A stretch of DNA of 29,565 nt from an uncultured Chloroflexia bacterium (GTDB taxonomy: Bacteria > Chloroflexota > Limnocylindria > Limnocylindrales > CSP1-4): positions 1 through 29,565 of the forward strand of contig CAVYBU010000011.1 in the NCBI GenBank assembly GCA_963766735.1. Direction: 5' to 3'. A program made the position numbers and the translations under genes. Positions 25,842-29,565 of this stretch are shown here, piece by piece; the stretch's first letter is position 1; each line of letters opens with the position of its first letter. Below the pieces are notes generated by a model, which saw nothing but the letters and a program-made list of their open reading frames with translations, ran no database searches and was not told where the DNA came from.

Positions 25842-26960
25842 ATGACCGATCCTGTCCCCACGCCTGCCGACACCCGCTCCTACTCCCCCGGCCTCGAGGG
25901 CGTCATCGCCGGCGAGACCACCCTCTCCTACATCGACGGCGAGGCTGGCCGCCTGCTCTACCGCGGCTACCCCATCGGCGATCTGGTGAGGAGCGGGTCG
26001 TATGCGGCGATCACGGAGCTGCTCTGGACCGGTGACTGGAAGCCGGACGCGAAGCTGCCCTGCCAGCCGGTGCCGGACGGCGTGATGATGGCCCTCCGCG
26101 CCCTGCCGCACGACGCCCGGCCGATGGACGCCCTTCGGACCGCGGTGTCGGCCTGGGGCGCGGTGACCGACCCGGCGTGGCCGCCGACCGCCGAGCAGGC
26201 CCGCGCGCTCACGGCGTTCTCGCCGTCCGCGCTGGCCGCGTTCGCCCGCCTCCGTCAGGGCCTGGAGCCGGTCGCACCGGACCCGGACCTCGATCTCGTC
26301 GCCGGGTTCCTGTACCAGATCAACGGTGAGAAGCCGGACGAGGCCACGGCCCGCGCGCTGGACGCGTACTTCATCGTCGGCGCCGAGCACGGCTTCAACG
26401 CCTCGACGTTCACCTGCCGCGTCATCACCTCCACCCGCGCGGACATCGCGTCGGCCGTCTGCGGCGCCATCGGTGCGATGAAGGGCCCGCTCCACGGCGG
26501 CGCCCCGTCCGAGGTCGTGGAGCAGATCCACCAGGTGGGCACACCGGAACACGCCGAGGAGTGGGTCCGCGACGCGATCGCGAACAACGTGCGCCTGATG
26601 GGCTTCGGGCACCGCGTGTACCGGGCCTACGATCCACGCGCCGCCGCCCTGCGCGAGGTGGCCGAGGGCATGGAGCACAAGCCGGACTGGCTGGCCCTCG
26701 CAATGTCGGTCGAGGACGTCGCCCTGCGCGTCCTGGCGGAGAAGCACCCGGACCGGGCTCTCAAGACCAACGTCGAGTTCTACGCGGCGCCCGTCCTCAT
26801 GGGCGTGGGCCTTACGCCGGACCTCTTCCCCGCAACGTTCGCGCTGGCACGCCACGCCGGCTGGACCGCCCATGCGATCGAGCAGGGCGCGAACAACCGG
26901 CTGATCCGCCCGGACGTGAAGTACGTTGGCTTTGGAGAGCGCCCGCTCCCGAAGGGGTAG
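25842..26960 (+). CDS. Citrate synthase / methylcitrate synthase family (short CitA-like form)
   Basis: GLEGV, LLYRGY, EHGFNASTF, GPLHGGA, MGFGHRVY, TNVEFY; 372 aa. Confidence 0.94.
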   Translation: MTDPVPTPADTRSYSPGLEGVIAGETTLSYIDGEAGRLLYRGYPIGDLVRSGSYAAITELLWTGDWKPDAKLPCQPVPDGVMMALRALPHDARPMDALRTAVSAWGAVTDPAWPPTAEQARALTAFSPSALAAFARLRQGLEPVAPDPDLDLVAGFLYQINGEKPDEATARALDAYFIVGAEHGFNASTFTCRVITSTRADIASAVCGAIGAMKGPLHGGAPSEVVEQIHQVGTPEHAEEWVRDAIANNVRLMGFGHRVYRAYDPRAAALREVAEGMEHKPDWLALAMSVEDVALRVLAEKHPDRALKTNVEFYAAPVLMGVGLTPDLFPATFALARHAGWTAHAIEQGANNRLIRPDVKYVGFGERPLPKG

Positions 26961-27015
26961 TCGATCGCCGGTCGCGGGTCCGGGTGGCGCGTCGCGCTGC
27001 CGGCGCGCGGCGCAG

Positions 27016-28011
27016 CTACAGGTACCCGCGCCTGCGGAAGAACAGCAGCACGCCCGCGAGCGTCAGCGCCATCACCCCGATGATCAGCCAGAACTCGGTC
27101 AGGGTCTCGTCACCCGGCAGGTCCACGTTCATGCCGCCGATGCTGGCGATCAGCGTCAGCGGCAGCAGCGCCACGCTGAAGGCGGTCAGCACGCGCAGGC
27201 TCTGGTTCAGCCGGTGTGAGAGCACCGACTCGTTCGAGTCCTCCAGTGCCTCCGCGACCTCCTTGTAGTTCTCCAGCACGTCCCAGATCCGCTCGGCGGC
27301 GTCCGTGATGTCGTCGAAGTAGATGTCGAGGTCCTCGGCGAGATAGCGCTGCTTCGTGCGCTCCAGGTCACGGAGCACCGCTCGCATCGGGCGGACCACG
27401 CGGCGGAAGTTGATGATCTCCTGCTTCGCGTTCGACAGTTCGCGCACGATCTCCGCGGACCGTCCCTCGAAGATGTCGTCCTCCAGCTGGTCCAGCTTGG
27501 CGCCCATCTTGCGCAGCATCGGGAACGACGCGTCCACGCAGGTATCGACGATCTTGTAGAGGAGGTATCCGGTGCCCTTGGAGAAGACGCCATCCCGCAC
27601 CTCGTCGCGCTCGCGGTAGCGCTCGAACATCGCCGCCAGCGGCGGCAGGTTCCGGTCCGGAAGCGTGATCAGGAAATCCGGCCCGACGAACAGGTCGAGC
27701 TCCGCGGTGAGCAGGCGGTCCTGCGACTTGTCGAACACCCCGAAGTGCAGGACGATGAACAGGTAGTCGTCGTACGCGTCCAACTTCGGACGCTGGTTGC
27801 GCGACGCAACGTCCTCGATGGCCAGGGGGTGGAAGCCGAACTCCCGCTCCAGCCACTCGCGGTCCGCCTCGCGCGGACGCTCAAGGTTCAGCCAGCGGAC
27901 ATCGCCCGACGCGATGATGTCGGGCTGGTTCTCGTCAGGCGCGAACGGCGGCTCCAGGAGCACGCCAGGCCGCGATCCGCGCAGCCGCGACCGCTGCAGC
28001 AGGTTGGGCAC
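27016..28011 (-). CDS. corA: CorA family Mg2+/Co2+ transporter
   Basis: FHPLAIED, QRPK, GMN signature between two C-terminal TM helices. Confidence 0.93.
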   Translation of the reverse strand: MPNLLQRSRLRGSRPGVLLEPPFAPDENQPDIIASGDVRWLNLERPREADREWLEREFGFHPLAIEDVASRNQRPKLDAYDDYLFIVLHFGVFDKSQDRLLTAELDLFVGPDFLITLPDRNLPPLAAMFERYRERDEVRDGVFSKGTGYLLYKIVDTCVDASFPMLRKMGAKLDQLEDDIFEGRSAEIVRELSNAKQEIINFRRVVRPMRAVLRDLERTKQRYLAEDLDIYFDDITDAAERIWDVLENYKEVAEALEDSNESVLSHRLNQSLRVLTAFSVALLPLTLIASIGGMNVDLPGDETLTEFWLIIGVMALTLAGVLLFFRRRGYL

Positions 28012-28039
28012 TTGGAGGCACTCCGGTCGTCATGACGCG

Positions 28040-28045
28040 ATCCTA
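28040..28045 (-). promoter_or_regulatory. -10 box TAGGAT for corA
   Basis: TANNNT 28 nt upstream of the corA GTG. Confidence 0.55.
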
Positions 28046-28219
28046 GCGCAGTGCGCCGATTGAGGGAACAGGCTTCCTGCGCGCACGCACCAGGCGGAGG
28101 TCGCCACCGCCGGCCCCTCGAGGCGAGCGGAGGCTTGGGCCCGAACAGGCGCCTTGACGGAACCGGGTCCCGCGACGCCGCGTTGCACGATCCTGGAAGG
28201 ACCCGCATCCTTGCGCGCG

Positions 28220-29565
28220 ATGCCAGACCCGACACCCGTCCGCCGCCCCACCCAGGCCCGACCCGGACGCCGCCCGGGTCGGGCGACCGCGCCGCGCCTG
28301 CTGCTGCTGAGCGCGATCTTCCCGGGCCTCGGCCACCAGGTCGCGGGACGGTCGCGCTGGGCAGCCGCGCTGGGCTTGCCGCTGGTGGCCCTCATGGTGG
28401 TGATGGGCGGCGTCGCCGTGATCGCCATCGCGACCGGGAGCGCCACCTCGTTCGCGACGCGCCTGTTCGACCCGGCGGTCCTCGGCGTGCTGCTCGCACT
28501 CCAGGTGGTGGTGCTCGGCTGGCGGCTCATGGCCCTCGGGGCCGTCCGCGCCATCACTACCTTCCGGCCCCCATTCACCACGCTGGCGGCCGGGCTGGTC
28601 GCCGTTGCGATCGTGGTCGGGCCGCAGATCTGGCTGGCGGGCCTCACGCTGGAGGCCAGGAGCGCGGCGGCGGCCGTCTTCGAACCGGTGGACTCCGGCG
28701 GCGCGTGGGTGCCCGCAGAGACGCCGCCGCCGGTCGAGTCGGACGACCCGGACTTCGGCATCGAATCCTCGCCGACGCCGTCAGCATCGGCCGAGGCCTC
28801 GCCGTCACCCTCCCCCACACCCGGGATCCCGCGAGTCAACGTGCTGCTGATCGGGATGGACTCGGGAGTGGGCCGCAACACCGCCCTCACGGACACGATG
28901 ATCGTCGCGTCGCTCGACCCGGTCGGACGGACCGTTTCGATGGCGTCCATCCCGCGCGACCTCGTGGACGTGCCGCTGCCCGACGGACGCACGTTCAAGG
29001 GCAAGATCAACGGCCTCGTCTCCTACGTGCGCTGGCACCCGGGCAAGTTCCCCGGCGCCAGGGACGGCCAGTCCGTGCTCGCCGCGGCGATCGGCGGCCT
29101 GCTGGGCCTCGAGATCGACATGTGGGCACAGGTGAACCTGGGCGGGTTCGTATACCTCGTGGACTCCGTCGGCGGCGTGACGATCAACGTCACGGACGGC
29201 TTCTGCGACCCGAGGTACAAGGAGTACGGCATCGCGGGCTTCGGCGTGTCACCCGGCCGCTATCGCATGAACGGAAACCAGGCGCTCGCCTATGCCCGGG
29301 TCCGGAAGGCGGCAGGCGAGAGCGACTTCACCCGGGCGGCCCGCCAGCAGGAGCTCATCGCGGCTCTGCGGGACCGCATGGTGCGCGGAGCATTCCTGGA
29401 GAACCCGGGCGCGTTCCTCAAGTCGCTCGGCAGGACGATCACCACCAACATCAAGCCATCGTTCATCGCGGATTACATCGACGCCGCAGCCGATGTCGGC
29501 CGCAAGGACGTCTTCCGGACGGTGGTCAAGCACCCGCTGGTGCGGAGCGGCTACGACAAGCGAGG
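28220..29565 (+). CDS. LCP (LytR-CpsA-Psr) family cell-envelope phosphotransferase; runs off the window edge
   Basis: Missing from the ORF track (no stop in window). N-terminal TM region (LSAIFPGLGH...), Pro/Ser linker, NVLLIGMD, TDTMIV, SIPRD, KING, ALAYARVR, SDFTRAARQQ. Confidence 0.92.
   Translation, partial: MPDPTPVRRPTQARPGRRPGRATAPRLLLLSAIFPGLGHQVAGRSRWAAALGLPLVALMVVMGGVAVIAIATGSATSFATRLFDPAVLGVLLALQVVVLGWRLMALGAVRAITTFRPPFTTLAAGLVAVAIVVGPQIWLAGLTLEARSAAAAVFEPVDSGGAWVPAETPPPVESDDPDFGIESSPTPSASAEASPSPSPTPGIPRVNVLLIGMDSGVGRNTALTDTMIVASLDPVGRTVSMASIPRDLVDVPLPDGRTFKGKINGLVSYVRWHPGKFPGARDGQSVLAAAIGGLLGLEIDMWAQVNLGGFVYLVDSVGGVTINVTDGFCDPRYKEYGIAGFGVSPGRYRMNGNQALAYARVRKAAGESDFTRAARQQELIAALRDRMVRGAFLENPGAFLKSLGRTITTNIKPSFIADYIDAAADVGRKDVFRTVVKHPLVRSGYDKR

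Noticed and set aside
26764-26784. Citrate synthase NVEF instead of NVDF as an inactivating change
   Set aside because: Glu at this position occurs in the CitA-type subfamily (mycobacterial and Bacillus CitA), so it is not novel.

Overview
Very GC-rich, gene-dense bacterial DNA. No RNA genes, CRISPR array, integrase or transposase were recognised. The gene content and frequent leaderless TANNNT promoters suggest a monoderm such as Chloroflexota (Limnocylindria-like) or Actinomycetota; this is inference only. The left 11 kb (minus strand) is an accessory signalling island. It holds three ECF sigma factors, each translationally coupled to a single-pass membrane protein with a short conserved cytoplasmic N-terminus and an external WSPDG/PD40 beta-propeller (putative anti-sigma factor). 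Between these pairs lie two paralogous PD40 lipoproteins, an alpha/beta-hydrolase lipoprotein, a secreted dirigent/AOC-like protein and a broken beta-lactamase-family lipoprotein. Shared candidate ECF promoter motifs occur in the island's intergenic regions. The middle has an EamA transporter, two small membrane proteins, an internally duplicated hypothetical protein, psuG, a frameshifted S9 peptidase and a PfkB kinase. The right part has a pentose phosphate cluster (tkt-rpiB-gnd-zwf-opcA-pgl), an alpha/beta hydrolase, a CitA-type citrate synthase, corA and a truncated LCP gene. All assignments come from manual motif reading; no searches were run.
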